From an uncultured Clostridia bacterium (GTDB lineage Bacteria > Bacillota > Clostridia > Christensenellales > UBA1242), in contig CANQFL010000003.1 in assembly GCA_947598785.1 (NCBI GenBank), positions 1 through 42,774 on the forward strand: 42,774 nucleotides of DNA. Direction: 5' to 3'. A program made the position numbers and the translations under genes. This document shows, piece by piece, positions 19,915-29,224 of this stretch (position 1 is the first letter of the stretch; each line of letters starts with the position of its first letter). The notes under the pieces are model-generated. The model saw nothing but the letters and a program-made list of their open reading frames with translations, searched no databases and had not been told where the DNA came from.

Positions 19915-20546
19915 TAATCAATAGGTTTATCATTTATTTCCAAAACTCTATGGCTTTTTATTTTGTTTATGATTGAAAGAATTATATTAAATAATACAAA
20001 CACAACTAAAATGATTAACGAAGCAATTAAGATGTAAAAAGCAGAATTTTCAAATAATAAACAAAGCAATAAAACAACTGAACAAGAAACCAATTCACCT
20101 AAAACTATTGATAAGAAACAATGCCAAAATTTCATATTAGTAAGACCAGAAATTATACTCCCTGTATAAACTCCAGTCATTGGTAAAGGAATAGCTACAA
20201 AAGTTCCAAGGAAAAAACATTTTTGGAATAAACTCGTTTTATTTCCTAACCTATCAAAATTTTTCTTATATTTGGATTTAATTTTTTCAATATACTTTTC
20301 CTGAATAAATCCTACCGTTTTATTTTTTATTTTACGAGTCACCCAAAAGACAATTGGAATAGGGATTATACTTCCCACAAATGCTATTAAAAATGCTAAC
20401 CATGGAGAAAGAACAGCACTTCCCCATACTTGAACTGATAAAGCAAAAGGAATAGCAATTTTACTCTCAATTCCTGGACATAATGCTACTAACAATACAG
20501 CAACAAAAGCACAGGTTGAAAGATTATCTACAAGGAATTCAAGCAT
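19914..20546 (-). CDS. Small multi-drug export family membrane protein (COG2426-like)
   Basis: PGIESKIAIP and FVAIPLPMTGVYTG signature motifs; several TM segments. Confidence 0.85.
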   Translation of the reverse strand: MLEFLVDNLSTCAFVAVLLVALCPGIESKIAIPFALSVQVWGSAVLSPWLAFLIAFVGSIIPIPIVFWVTRKIKNKTVGFIQEKYIEKIKSKYKKNFDRLGNKTSLFQKCFFLGTFVAIPLPMTGVYTGSIISGLTNMKFWHCFLSIVLGELVSCSVVLLLCLLFENSAFYILIASLIILVVFVLFNIILSIINKIKSHRVLEINDKPID

Positions 20547-20564
20547 AGAAGCCTCCTTACTTAA

Positions 20565-20593
20565 ATGTATGTAGAATAAAAATTATATATTAC
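20565..20593 (-). promoter_or_regulatory. SigE-like mother-cell promoter
   Basis: GTAATAT-N15-CATACAT upstream of an AAGGAGG RBS, just after the recN terminator. Confidence 0.45.
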
Positions 20594-20618
20594 AAAAAAA
20601 AAGAGCATCAGCTCTTTT
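20594..20618 (-). terminator. Terminator at the end of recN
   Basis: AAAAGAGC-N4-GCTCTTTT hairpin with a long T tract on the minus strand. Confidence 0.6.
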
Positions 20619-22269
20619 CTTCTAACAATTTTTTTGCATGTTCAATAGCAGTTTGAGATACATTTTGATTTCCATCTATAAGTTTTGCAATCTCAGTAAC
20701 TATATCATTTCCTTTTAAAGCATTTACAACAGAAATAGTATTATTATCTATAACCTTTTTTTCTACTAACAAAAATTCATTTCCCCTAGAAGCTACAACT
20801 GGCGTATGCGTAATACAAATAATTTGAGTGTATTTAGAAATATTAACAAGTTTTTCTGCAAGTTTACCTGCTGTATGCCCACTTATACCAGAATCAATTT
20901 CGTCAAACACTATTGTTTGCACATGGTCTTTGTCTAACATAACATTTTTAAAAGCCAATAGAAGTCTAGATAATTCACCTCCAGAAGCAGTTTTATTTAA
21001 ATCTTTTACATCTTGTCCAACATTTGCTGAAAATAAAAATTTTACATTATCATAACCATTTTTGGTAGGTTTATCTTTTTCAAAACAAACGCTAAACCTA
21101 GTCCCCTTCATTTGTAAATCATCTAATTCTGATATAATGCGTTTTTCAAAATCAACTGCATTATTTTTTCTTACCACAGATAATTTATCACATAAAGCCA
21201 ATAATTCTTCTTTTTTAATAATTTCTTCTTTTTGTAAATTATTTAATATTTCTTGACTATTCTCAAGTTCATTAAGTTGACTTTCTAATTTACTTTTATA
21301 ATCTAAAATATCCTCAATAGATTTCCCATATTTCTTTGAAAGACTTTTAATTAAATCCAATCTTGAGTCAATTCTTTCAAGTTCGTTCGCATCAAAATCT
21401 GTATTTTGTCTAACATTTTCTAAAGTATCTACAACGTCTTTAATTTCATAATAACAGTTTTCAATTCTTTCACGGCAATTTTCAATTTCTTTAAAATTTG
21501 ATAGATTTGAAAGCTCATTTTTTGAATCATGTAGAAAAGAAGTAACACAACCATTTTGCTCATCTAATTTATTTAAAACATTAGAAACTTTTTCATATAT
21601 ATTTTCAGCAGAAGAAATAAAATCATAACGTTCTCTCAAAGTTTCATCTTCACCTATAATTAAATTAGCATTTGTAATTTCGTTAATTTGGAAAGTTAAA
21701 AGGTCTTTAGTTCGCTCTCTTTCAGTTTCATCACCACCTAAATTGGAAATCTTATCCAAAATAGTTTTATATTCATCATAAGCAATTTCAACTTGTTTCT
21801 TTAAAGTTTCCACTTCAACGCCAGCGAACTTATCTAGAATTAAAAGATGATTATTCTCATTTAAAAGTCCAACACTATCATGTTGACCACAAAAATCTGT
21901 CAAAATAGAAGATAAATCTTTCAGCATTTTAGTAGTTGCAGGAAAACCATTAATCTTTATAGAAGATTTCCCGTCAATATTAAGAGTCCTAGAAATAATC
22001 AATTCCCCATCAAAATCTATATTCCAATCTTGTAGAAGATTTAAAGCTTCTTTAGAAATATCTGTAAAGACGGCATCAACTCTCATTAAATTTTCATTTG
22101 AACGTATAAGAGATTTATCAGCCTTAGCGCCAAGAGAAAAACTAAGCGCATCAATAATAATACTTTTACCTGCACCAGACTGACCTAATATACAATTAAA
22201 ACCGTTTTTGAAATCAATATTTTGTTTTTTAATAAGAGCAACATTAGATAAAAAAATAGATGAAAGCAT
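20608..22269 (-). CDS. recN: DNA repair protein RecN
   Basis: Walker A GQSGAGKS, coiled coil, ASGGELSR signature, FDEIDSG, ITH; likely start MLSSIF at 22269. Confidence 0.95.
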   Translation of the reverse strand: MLSSIFLSNVALIKKQNIDFKNGFNCILGQSGAGKSIIIDALSFSLGAKADKSLIRSNENLMRVDAVFTDISKEALNLLQDWNIDFDGELIISRTLNIDGKSSIKINGFPATTKMLKDLSSILTDFCGQHDSVGLLNENNHLLILDKFAGVEVETLKKQVEIAYDEYKTILDKISNLGGDETERERTKDLLTFQINEITNANLIIGEDETLRERYDFISSAENIYEKVSNVLNKLDEQNGCVTSFLHDSKNELSNLSNFKEIENCRERIENCYYEIKDVVDTLENVRQNTDFDANELERIDSRLDLIKSLSKKYGKSIEDILDYKSKLESQLNELENSQEILNNLQKEEIIKKEELLALCDKLSVVRKNNAVDFEKRIISELDDLQMKGTRFSVCFEKDKPTKNGYDNVKFLFSANVGQDVKDLNKTASGGELSRLLLAFKNVMLDKDHVQTIVFDEIDSGISGHTAGKLAEKLVNISKYTQIICITHTPVVASRGNEFLLVEKKVIDNNTISVVNALKGNDIVTEIAKLIDGNQNVSQTAIEHAKKLLEEKS

Positions 22270-22285
22270 TAATCCTCCTACACTC

Positions 22286-22738
22286 CTACAACATAATATC
22301 TTGAAGAGTAGCAACTGCTTCAGTAGCAAAAGTAGTTGAAGGGAAAATCAACATAACGGTATCGTCACCATAAGTAGCACCCATAAGTTCATTTAAGTTA
22401 AGTTTATCTATAAAGGCGCAAACGCTAGCACCCATACCTTTAATAGTTTTAACGACAGCAAGATTAAGTGCGCTTTTAACAGAGATAACGCACTCTTTAA
22501 AAATATTTATGTACTTATTAGAAACAACTTGTTGTTCAGAGCCTAAAATAGCATATTTATATTTACCAGAATTACTCAAAATTTTGGTTAAGCCCAATTC
22601 TTTAATATCACGAGAAATAGTAGCCTGAGTAATTTCAAAACCTGCATTTTTAAGTTCTTTTGCAAGTTCATCTTGAGTTTCAATTTCTTTAGTAGATATC
22701 AACTCTAAAATTTTTGATTGTCTTGAACTTCTTGCCAT
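22286..22738 (-). CDS. argR: Arginine repressor
   Basis: TQDEL...TQATISRDIKEL wHTH, GDDT Arg-binding motif, argR-recN synteny; start 22738 fits the AAGGAG spacing. Confidence 0.95.
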   Translation of the reverse strand: MARSSRQSKILELISTKEIETQDELAKELKNAGFEITQATISRDIKELGLTKILSNSGKYKYAILGSEQQVVSNKYINIFKECVISVKSALNLAVVKTIKGMGASVCAFIDKLNLNELMGATYGDDTVMLIFPSTTFATEAVATLQDIML

Positions 22739-22788
22739 TGTCATCTCCTTAAAGCCTACATGCGCCTAAAATAGGGACTTGTAGCGAT

Positions 22789-22884
22789 TTTGCATAAATA
22801 TAAATTTATGTTTATTCATGCAATTTTCATTATTATACAATAAAATTTATAAATATGCAAGTGATTTTTGTATATTTATTCAAT
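22789..22884 (-). promoter_or_regulatory. argR promoter overlapped by several ARG boxes (autoregulation)
   Basis: TTGCAT-17-TATAAT (22860-22832); ARG-box-like TTTGTATATTTATTCAAT (22867-84), AATTTATAAATATGCAAG, TATGTTTATTCATGCAAT, TTTGCATAAATATAAATT. Confidence 0.65.
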
Positions 22885-23020
22885 GATTTTTTATAAAAAT
22901 TTTAGATTTTGTAAATTTATAAATTTAAAATTCATAAATATACGTCAATATACATTTTATAAAATACTCCCTCTCCTATAAAATAAAAAATCATATCCTA
23001 TATAAATAGTATATGACAAT

Positions 23021-23047
23021 AAAAAAAGCAGAGCAATAAACCCTGCC
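23021..23047 (-). terminator. Terminator after thiI
   Basis: GCAGGG...CTCTGC stem followed by T7 on the minus strand. Confidence 0.6.
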
Positions 23048-23048
23048 A

Positions 23049-24206
23049 TTATTTAATATCTATAACCTCCTCATTATTAAGAGCCATTTTAACTAAAGCT
23101 TCAATGTCTAAATTTTGTTCCATCATTTCAGCTCTTTTAATAGAAGGTTTAATAACTGGATTTTTAGGAAGAAAGACAGTACAGCAATCTTCATAAGGTA
23201 AAATCGAAGTTTCAAAAGTTCCAATTTTTTTCGCTACATTCATAATTTCTTCTTTATCAAAAGCGATAACGGGTCTAAATACAGGAATAGAAACAACCGA
23301 ATTTGTTACTGACATACTTTGCATTGTCTGACTTGCTACTTGCCCCAAGCTTTCTCCAGTAACAATTGCACCAAGTTCATTTTTTTCACAAATCTTTTCA
23401 GCAATTCTCATCATAAATCTTCTCATAATAGTAATCATATATTCAGAATCACAATTACGATGTATTTGTTCTTGAATTTCAGTAAAAGAAATGATATGCA
23501 ATCGAATTTCACCAACATAATTTGTTAAAATTTTAGCAAGTTCTAAAACTTTTTCTTTAGCTTGTACACTTGTATATGGATAAGAATGAAAATGAATTGC
23601 CTCAATCCTAAGTCCCCTTTTTGCCATCAAATATCCAGCCACAGGACTATCTATTCCACCAGAAAGCAACAACAAAGCCTTGCCTCCACTACCCAATGGA
23701 AGTCCACCAGCACAACTATTTAGATTTTTATAAATATATGTTTTATTGTTCGTACGAACTTCAATATATATAGTTATATCTGGAGAATATAAATCAACTT
23801 TTAAATTTGGATAATTTAATAAAATCTTTTCACCAATAAATTTATCCAAATCCATTGAAGTCATAGGAAATTTTTTATCTGCACGTTTAGTTTCAACTTT
23901 AAATGTTTTTACGCCTGACAAATCCTCTTTAAGTGCAAATTTTTCAATATTTTCTAAAGAAGTTTCAAACTCAATCGCACTACCGACAGCAATTAAACCA
24001 AATACAGTTTGTATTTTTTCTATAATTTCAGACTCGTATTTTACATCATAATCATGTAAAATCAAGCGTCCCTGAGTTTCTTCAAGTTTACATTTATAAT
24101 CTTTTAGTTTAGTTAAAATGTTAGATTTTAAAAGATTTATAAAATCATGTCTGTTTCTTCCTTTTAAAAACAATTCACCAAATTTAAGTAATAAAACCTT
24201 ATTCAT
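23049..24206 (-). CDS. thiI: tRNA 4-thiouridine synthase ThiI
   Basis: GELFLKGRNR, THUMP domain, PP-loop SGGIDSPV, GESLGQVASQT, PYEDCC. Confidence 0.95.
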   Translation of the reverse strand: MNKVLLLKFGELFLKGRNRHDFINLLKSNILTKLKDYKCKLEETQGRLILHDYDVKYESEIIEKIQTVFGLIAVGSAIEFETSLENIEKFALKEDLSGVKTFKVETKRADKKFPMTSMDLDKFIGEKILLNYPNLKVDLYSPDITIYIEVRTNNKTYIYKNLNSCAGGLPLGSGGKALLLLSGGIDSPVAGYLMAKRGLRIEAIHFHSYPYTSVQAKEKVLELAKILTNYVGEIRLHIISFTEIQEQIHRNCDSEYMITIMRRFMMRIAEKICEKNELGAIVTGESLGQVASQTMQSMSVTNSVVSIPVFRPVIAFDKEEIMNVAKKIGTFETSILPYEDCCTVFLPKNPVIKPSIKRAEMMEQNLDIEALVKMALNNEEVIDIK

Positions 24207-25324
24207 TTTTGCACCCTCTGTTTAATATCTTTGTAAACATCACAAATAATTTTTGCAGCCATTTCAACTTCTTCAAATTCCATATAAGCATTAAAACTTA
24301 TCCTTATACTTGATATTATTTTGTTTAAAGGAAATCCAATTTGTTCTAAGACCCTATTTCCAAGTTTTTTAGAGGAACACGCACTACCAAGTCCCACAAT
24401 AACTCCCTTTGACTCGAGAGCGTGTAACATAGTTTCACCTTTAACCCCATCAAACATTAAACACTCTATATAAGGAGAACCATTAAAATCTACAATTTGA
24501 ATACCACTTTCATTAAGTTGTTTATTAAAACGATTTTTCAATTCTAAGGTATGTTGCAGATTTTTATTAATATCAATTAATTCAATAGCTTTTTTAAATT
24601 GCATAATGCCAGAAACATTTTCAGTTCCAGAACGAAGTTCATATTGTTGTCCACCACCTTCAAACAATTCTTTCAAAGAGCTTTTGTTCTTAACATATAA
24701 ACCGGCAATGCCTTTTGGCCCATGCAACTTATGTGCACTGAAAGAGTATAAATCGATAGAAGTATCCCTTAAAGCAAATGGAATTTTCATAAAACCTTGA
24801 ACCCCATCGACATGCAAAATAGATTTAGGACAAAGTTTATTTTTTAATGAAGAAATCTTAATTAAATCATTAATTGCTCCGGTTTCATTACTAACATGAA
24901 TAACAGAAATCAGTCTCGTTCTTTCATTTAAAACTTTTTCAAGAGCTTCTAAATCAACTACACCTTCTTTAGTAAGAGGAACAAAGTGAACTATCTTTCC
25001 ATCAAGTTCAATTTTTCTAGCAGTGTTGTAAACGGACGCATGTTCTCCACAAGAAAAGACATATTCATAATTGCCTGAACGTAAACTACCTTTTATTGCG
25101 AGATTATTACTTTCTGTAGCACAACTAGTAAAAAGAATATTACCCTGTGAAGTTCCTAATTTGTTTAAGAAAAACTTTTCAGTTTCTAAAATTTGTTTTG
25201 AAATTTCAGATGATTTGATAGACATAGCAGAAGGGTTATAAAATTTATTACAAGAAAAATCTTGATGAACAGCTACACATTCATCAAACATTTTTGTAGT
25301 TCCAGCATTATCTAAATAAATCAT
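24203..25324 (-). CDS. Cysteine desulfurase partnered with ThiI (NifZ/IscS2-like)
   Basis: YLDNAGTT, SAHKLHGPKG, GSACSS; overlaps the thiI start codon. Confidence 0.9.
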   Translation of the reverse strand: MIYLDNAGTTKMFDECVAVHQDFSCNKFYNPSAMSIKSSEISKQILETEKFFLNKLGTSQGNILFTSCATESNNLAIKGSLRSGNYEYVFSCGEHASVYNTARKIELDGKIVHFVPLTKEGVVDLEALEKVLNERTRLISVIHVSNETGAINDLIKISSLKNKLCPKSILHVDGVQGFMKIPFALRDTSIDLYSFSAHKLHGPKGIAGLYVKNKSSLKELFEGGGQQYELRSGTENVSGIMQFKKAIELIDINKNLQHTLELKNRFNKQLNESGIQIVDFNGSPYIECLMFDGVKGETMLHALESKGVIVGLGSACSSKKLGNRVLEQIGFPLNKIISSIRISFNAYMEFEEVEMAAKIICDVYKDIKQRVQK

Positions 25325-25338
25325 AACTCACCTTCTTT

Positions 25339-25382
25339 TGAATATTACACAATATAGAGTGTATTATGCATGAATAATACAC
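25339..25382. repeat. 32-bp palindromic element, copy C, plus abutting half-site
   Basis: TGAATATTACAC-AATATAGA-GTGTATTATGCA followed directly by TGAATAATACAC; fills the pheT-desulfurase gap. Confidence 0.8.
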
Positions 25383-25385
25383 AAT

Positions 25386-27788
25386 TTATCTTAATTTTGC
25401 TCCAAATCTAAACTCAAGACTCTTAAGAACTTTACCAATAATTGCATTAACCTCTTCTTTAGTAAGAGTTTTTTCATCACTTGATAAAATAATTTTATAA
25501 GCCATACTTTTTTTGCCTGCGCCTAAAACATCATTTCTATAAATATCAAACAAATTAACATCATAAAAAATATTTCCACAAGCAGATTTTATAGCAGATT
25601 GAATTTGTTGATTTGATATTTTTTCATCAACCACAATAGCAATATCTCTTTCAACAGGAGGAAATTTGGATACTTCTTTTGTTTGAAATTTCTTTTCAGG
25701 TAATTGAGATAAATAATCAGTATCCAATTCTCCGTAATATACATCTTGAGCAATATCATAATTCTTTAACACTAACTTATGAATTTTGCCAAACCACCCC
25801 ACAACCTTACCATCTTTTGAAACAATATCAGCACTGATTCCACTATGCAAATAAGGTTCTTTGGAACGTTCTAAATTATATTTTAAAGATGTATTTACAA
25901 GTAAATTTTCTACAACATTTTTCATATTGAAAAAATTAAACTTATCTTCACATACAGCAAAAGATATCCTATTATTTTCTATTGGAAGTTCTGTAAGAGG
26001 AAGTGCTTTAGGCTGATAAATTCTACCAACTTCAAAAAATCTTAAATCTTTATTTCCAACTGACAAATTATAAGAAATATCAAGCAATAATGCATGGGCC
26101 ATAAGTGTTCTCGCTGTAGATAAATCTTCACTGATTGGATTTGCAATTTTTATTACATTTCTTCTAACATCATCTGCTGATATTAACAATTTATCACAAG
26201 CAGTAGAAGAATATAAAGAATAGTTTAATGTTTCAAAAAATCCCAAATCAACTAAAGTGTTTTTTAATAGATTTTCAAAAACAAGTCTAGGTTCGTACTC
26301 GCCTACAGTTGTCGAACAATTTTCAAATGGTTCGTCATTTATATTGTTGTAATTATCATAACCATAAATTCTAATAATTTCTTCAGCAATATCATTTTCA
26401 TTCTGGATATCATCGCGTATAAATGGAGGAATGCATACAAGTTCATCACCATGTATTTGAGAAGATATGCCAAGACCATTCAAAATTTGTAATGTTTTAT
26501 CTACAGGAACTTCAAATCCTAAAATTTTACAAACTTTACTATATGAAACTTTTATTATCTTTTTTTCTTCCAATTTTTCTGTGCATTTATCAATAATGCC
26601 ATCAACTATTTCCCCACAATTTAAAGCATCTACCAAATGTAAAGCTCTTTTTATAGCCAAAGTAGGAGCATTTACATTAACACCCTTTTCATATCTAGCA
26701 GAACTATCAGTTCTTAAGCCAAATTTTCTTGCTGTTATTCTGATACTTTTCAAATCAAAAACAGCACACTCAAATATGCTTTCTTTAGTATCATTATTAA
26801 TAGCACTATTCACACCACCAATAACTCCAGCAATAACAACAGGTTTTTTGCCATCAGCAATAACCATAGTTGATTCGTCAAGTTCATAACTATTACCATT
26901 TAATACAGATATTTTTTCATTTTTTTGAGCTTGTCTTACAATAATTTTTTTATCTTCCAAATAGCGATAATCAAAAGCGTGCATTGGTTGCCCCTGCTCA
27001 ATTAAAATGAAATTAGTTATATCAACCATAGAGTTAATAGGCTTGATTCCAACTGTAAATAATCTACTTCTCAACCAAAGAGGAGAACGTTGTAATTTAA
27101 TATTTTTTATATAAGCAGCCATATATCTTCGACAATTATTTGTTTTAACATCAACACTTATATATTTATTAATATCATCTTTAATAGTTTTATATGAAAT
27201 ATCAAAATCTTTAAAAGGTTTATTATACATAGCACAAACTTCTCTAGCCAGGCCAATAACACTGTTACAATCAGGACGGTTTGGTGTTACATTAATATCA
27301 AACATGACATCATTTAACATTAAAGCATCTTCAATTTTATCACCAGGTTTAAAATCATTAGGTAAAATTAATATTCCATTAATGCTTGCACCCTCAAGAT
27401 AATTATCATCAATACCAAGTTCTTCACCAGAACAAAACATGCCTTCACTAGGAACACCTCTAAAATTTGATGGTTTAATTTTTACACCATTACAAAGGTC
27501 TGCACCATCTAAAGCAACAGGAACAATAGCCCCTTCAAAAACATTTGTAGCAGAAGTTACGATTTGAACATTTTTAAAACCTACATTCACCTGACAAACT
27601 ACAAGCCTATCTGCTTGTGGATGTTTTTCTATTTTCTCAATCTTACTTACATAAACATCATGAAGATGCTCATTCATAAATGCAATATCTTCAACCTCAA
27701 AACCTGAAATCGTCATTTTTTCTGCAAGTTCTTTTGGAGAAACATTTATATCAACAAAATCTTTTAACCAATTATATGAAATTTTCAT
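25386..27788 (-). CDS. pheT: Phenylalanine-tRNA ligase beta subunit
   Basis: MKISYNWL start, HPQADRL, SEGMFCS, TPNRPDC, GQPMHAFD, C-terminal FDX-ACB domain. Confidence 0.97.
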   Translation of the reverse strand: MKISYNWLKDFVDINVSPKELAEKMTISGFEVEDIAFMNEHLHDVYVSKIEKIEKHPQADRLVVCQVNVGFKNVQIVTSATNVFEGAIVPVALDGADLCNGVKIKPSNFRGVPSEGMFCSGEELGIDDNYLEGASINGILILPNDFKPGDKIEDALMLNDVMFDINVTPNRPDCNSVIGLAREVCAMYNKPFKDFDISYKTIKDDINKYISVDVKTNNCRRYMAAYIKNIKLQRSPLWLRSRLFTVGIKPINSMVDITNFILIEQGQPMHAFDYRYLEDKKIIVRQAQKNEKISVLNGNSYELDESTMVIADGKKPVVIAGVIGGVNSAINNDTKESIFECAVFDLKSIRITARKFGLRTDSSARYEKGVNVNAPTLAIKRALHLVDALNCGEIVDGIIDKCTEKLEEKKIIKVSYSKVCKILGFEVPVDKTLQILNGLGISSQIHGDELVCIPPFIRDDIQNENDIAEEIIRIYGYDNYNNINDEPFENCSTTVGEYEPRLVFENLLKNTLVDLGFFETLNYSLYSSTACDKLLISADDVRRNVIKIANPISEDLSTARTLMAHALLLDISYNLSVGNKDLRFFEVGRIYQPKALPLTELPIENNRISFAVCEDKFNFFNMKNVVENLLVNTSLKYNLERSKEPYLHSGISADIVSKDGKVVGWFGKIHKLVLKNYDIAQDVYYGELDTDYLSQLPEKKFQTKEVSKFPPVERDIAIVVDEKISNQQIQSAIKSACGNIFYDVNLFDIYRNDVLGAGKKSMAYKIILSSDEKTLTKEEVNAIIGKVLKSLEFRFGAKLR

Positions 27789-27806
27789 AATAATCTCCTT
27801 AAATTT

Positions 27807-27851
27807 TAAAATATATACTATATCTGGTGTATTATGCAATGCATACTACAC
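27807..27851. repeat. 32-bp palindromic element, copy D, plus half-site
   Basis: TAAAATATATAC-TATATCTG-GTGTATTATGCA-A-TGCATACTACAC in the pheS-pheT gap. Confidence 0.75.
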
Positions 27852-27855
27852 AAAA

Positions 27856-28875
27856 TCATCTCATTTGTTTTAAAAACCTCAAATCATTTCTAAACAAATA
27901 TTTTATATTTGGAATTTTATTGGTAACCATAACACTCCTATCAATTCCAGGGCCAAAAGCAAAACCACTATATTTTTTACTGTCAATCCCTGCCATTTCC
28001 AAGATTTTAGGATTCACAATTCCCCCACCAAAAAATTCTGAGAAGCCTGTCCCCTTACATAATGAACAGCCCTTACCTTGACAAATTTGACAAGTCGCAT
28101 CAATCTCGATGCTTGGTTCTGTAAAAGGAAAATACGCAGGTCTAACTCTCATTTTTACATTTTCTCCATATAGTTTAATTAACATCTGTTTAATCATAGC
28201 CATAAAATCTTTAAGACTTACATTTTCATCAATAACCAGAGCTTCAAATTGATTAAATATTGGAGAATGAGAGCTATCATCATCATTTCTATAAACCCTT
28301 CCAGGACAAACTATCTTAAAAGGTGGTTTAAACATTTTCATTGCTCTCACCTGAGCAGTTGATGTATGAGTTCTCATTAGAATTGAATCTGTGATATATA
28401 AACTATCTTGCATATCTCTTGCTGGATGATTTTTTGGAACATTTAAAGCTTCAAAATTATTATAATCCGTTTCGATTTCAGGAGTTTGAATTACTGTAAA
28501 TCCCATTTCAACACAGATTTCGATAAACTTATTATTAAAGCGTGTTAAAGGATGTAGTGTTCCCCTTTTTACACCTATTGCAGGTTCTGTTATATCTATT
28601 TTTTCTTTTTCCATATCTGCATTAAGTTTTGCAGTTTCTAATGCATTAAGTTTATCCTCTAAAGATTTTTCAATTTTTTCACGTACAGAATTAGCAATAC
28701 TTCCGATTTCTTTTCGTTCTTCTGCTGGTATATCTTTCATACCTCTTAAAATTTGCGTCAATTCTCCTGATTTACCACAATATTTAATTCTAATTTCATC
28801 TAATATCTTTAAATCTTGTGCCAATTCGATTTCTTTTGTACTATTTTCTAAAATTTGAGCTAATTTTTGTTTCAT
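27856..28875 (-). CDS. pheS: Phenylalanine-tRNA ligase alpha subunit
   Basis: HPARDMQD, RTHTS, PGRVYR, YFPFTEPS, GFAFG; start MKQKLA at 28875 after AAGGAG. Confidence 0.97.
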   Translation of the reverse strand: MKQKLAQILENSTKEIELAQDLKILDEIRIKYCGKSGELTQILRGMKDIPAEERKEIGSIANSVREKIEKSLEDKLNALETAKLNADMEKEKIDITEPAIGVKRGTLHPLTRFNNKFIEICVEMGFTVIQTPEIETDYNNFEALNVPKNHPARDMQDSLYITDSILMRTHTSTAQVRAMKMFKPPFKIVCPGRVYRNDDDSSHSPIFNQFEALVIDENVSLKDFMAMIKQMLIKLYGENVKMRVRPAYFPFTEPSIEIDATCQICQGKGCSLCKGTGFSEFFGGGIVNPKILEMAGIDSKKYSGFAFGPGIDRSVMVTNKIPNIKYLFRNDLRFLKQMR

Positions 28876-28892
28876 ATTTTTACTCCTTTTAA

Positions 28893-29128
28893 AATAAAAA
28901 ATCGCCCTAATATTAGGACGATTTTGAAAATCGTGATACCACCTAACTTCACGCAATATTGCGCCTCATTGCAGTAATTTACGCATACCATACGGTTTCC
29001 TCTACTAAATTTTTCAAGGAACAGCTAAGAAAGTGAATTCAGTTCTTTGCTTTTACCTAAATTTCATCAAATCATTAGGTTCTCTGTGAAAAACAAAATT
29101 GAACTTACTAGTCTTTCCTCAACGCTTT
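28893..29128 (-). ncRNA. T-box riboswitch with Phe (UUC) specifier, leader of pheST
   Basis: Minus strand shows AGTA, AGAGA, GATGAA, specifier GAA-TTC-A, T-box AGGTGGTATCACG and terminator ATCGTCCTAATATTAGGGCGAT-T6; TTGACT promoter at 29166. Confidence 0.9.
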
Positions 29129-29224
29129 TATATTTTATATTATCATAATTTAATTTAATAAGTCAACCATTAAAAAGATTTTGTTTAAAAAATTTTTTAT
29201 GTTAAAATTAACAAAAAGGTAAAT

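Noticed and set aside
25339-25382. Palindromes interpreted as ARG boxes because argR is nearby
   Set aside because: ARG boxes are TGMAT-N4-ATKCA. Here the TGMAT/ATKCA halves are 22 bp apart or back-to-back. Proper ARG boxes appear only at 22789-22884.
15953-27851. CRISPR array or IS/MITE ends as the source of the 32-bp palindromes
   Set aside because: Copies are dispersed and degenerate, with no unique spacers, cas genes, transposase or target-site duplications.
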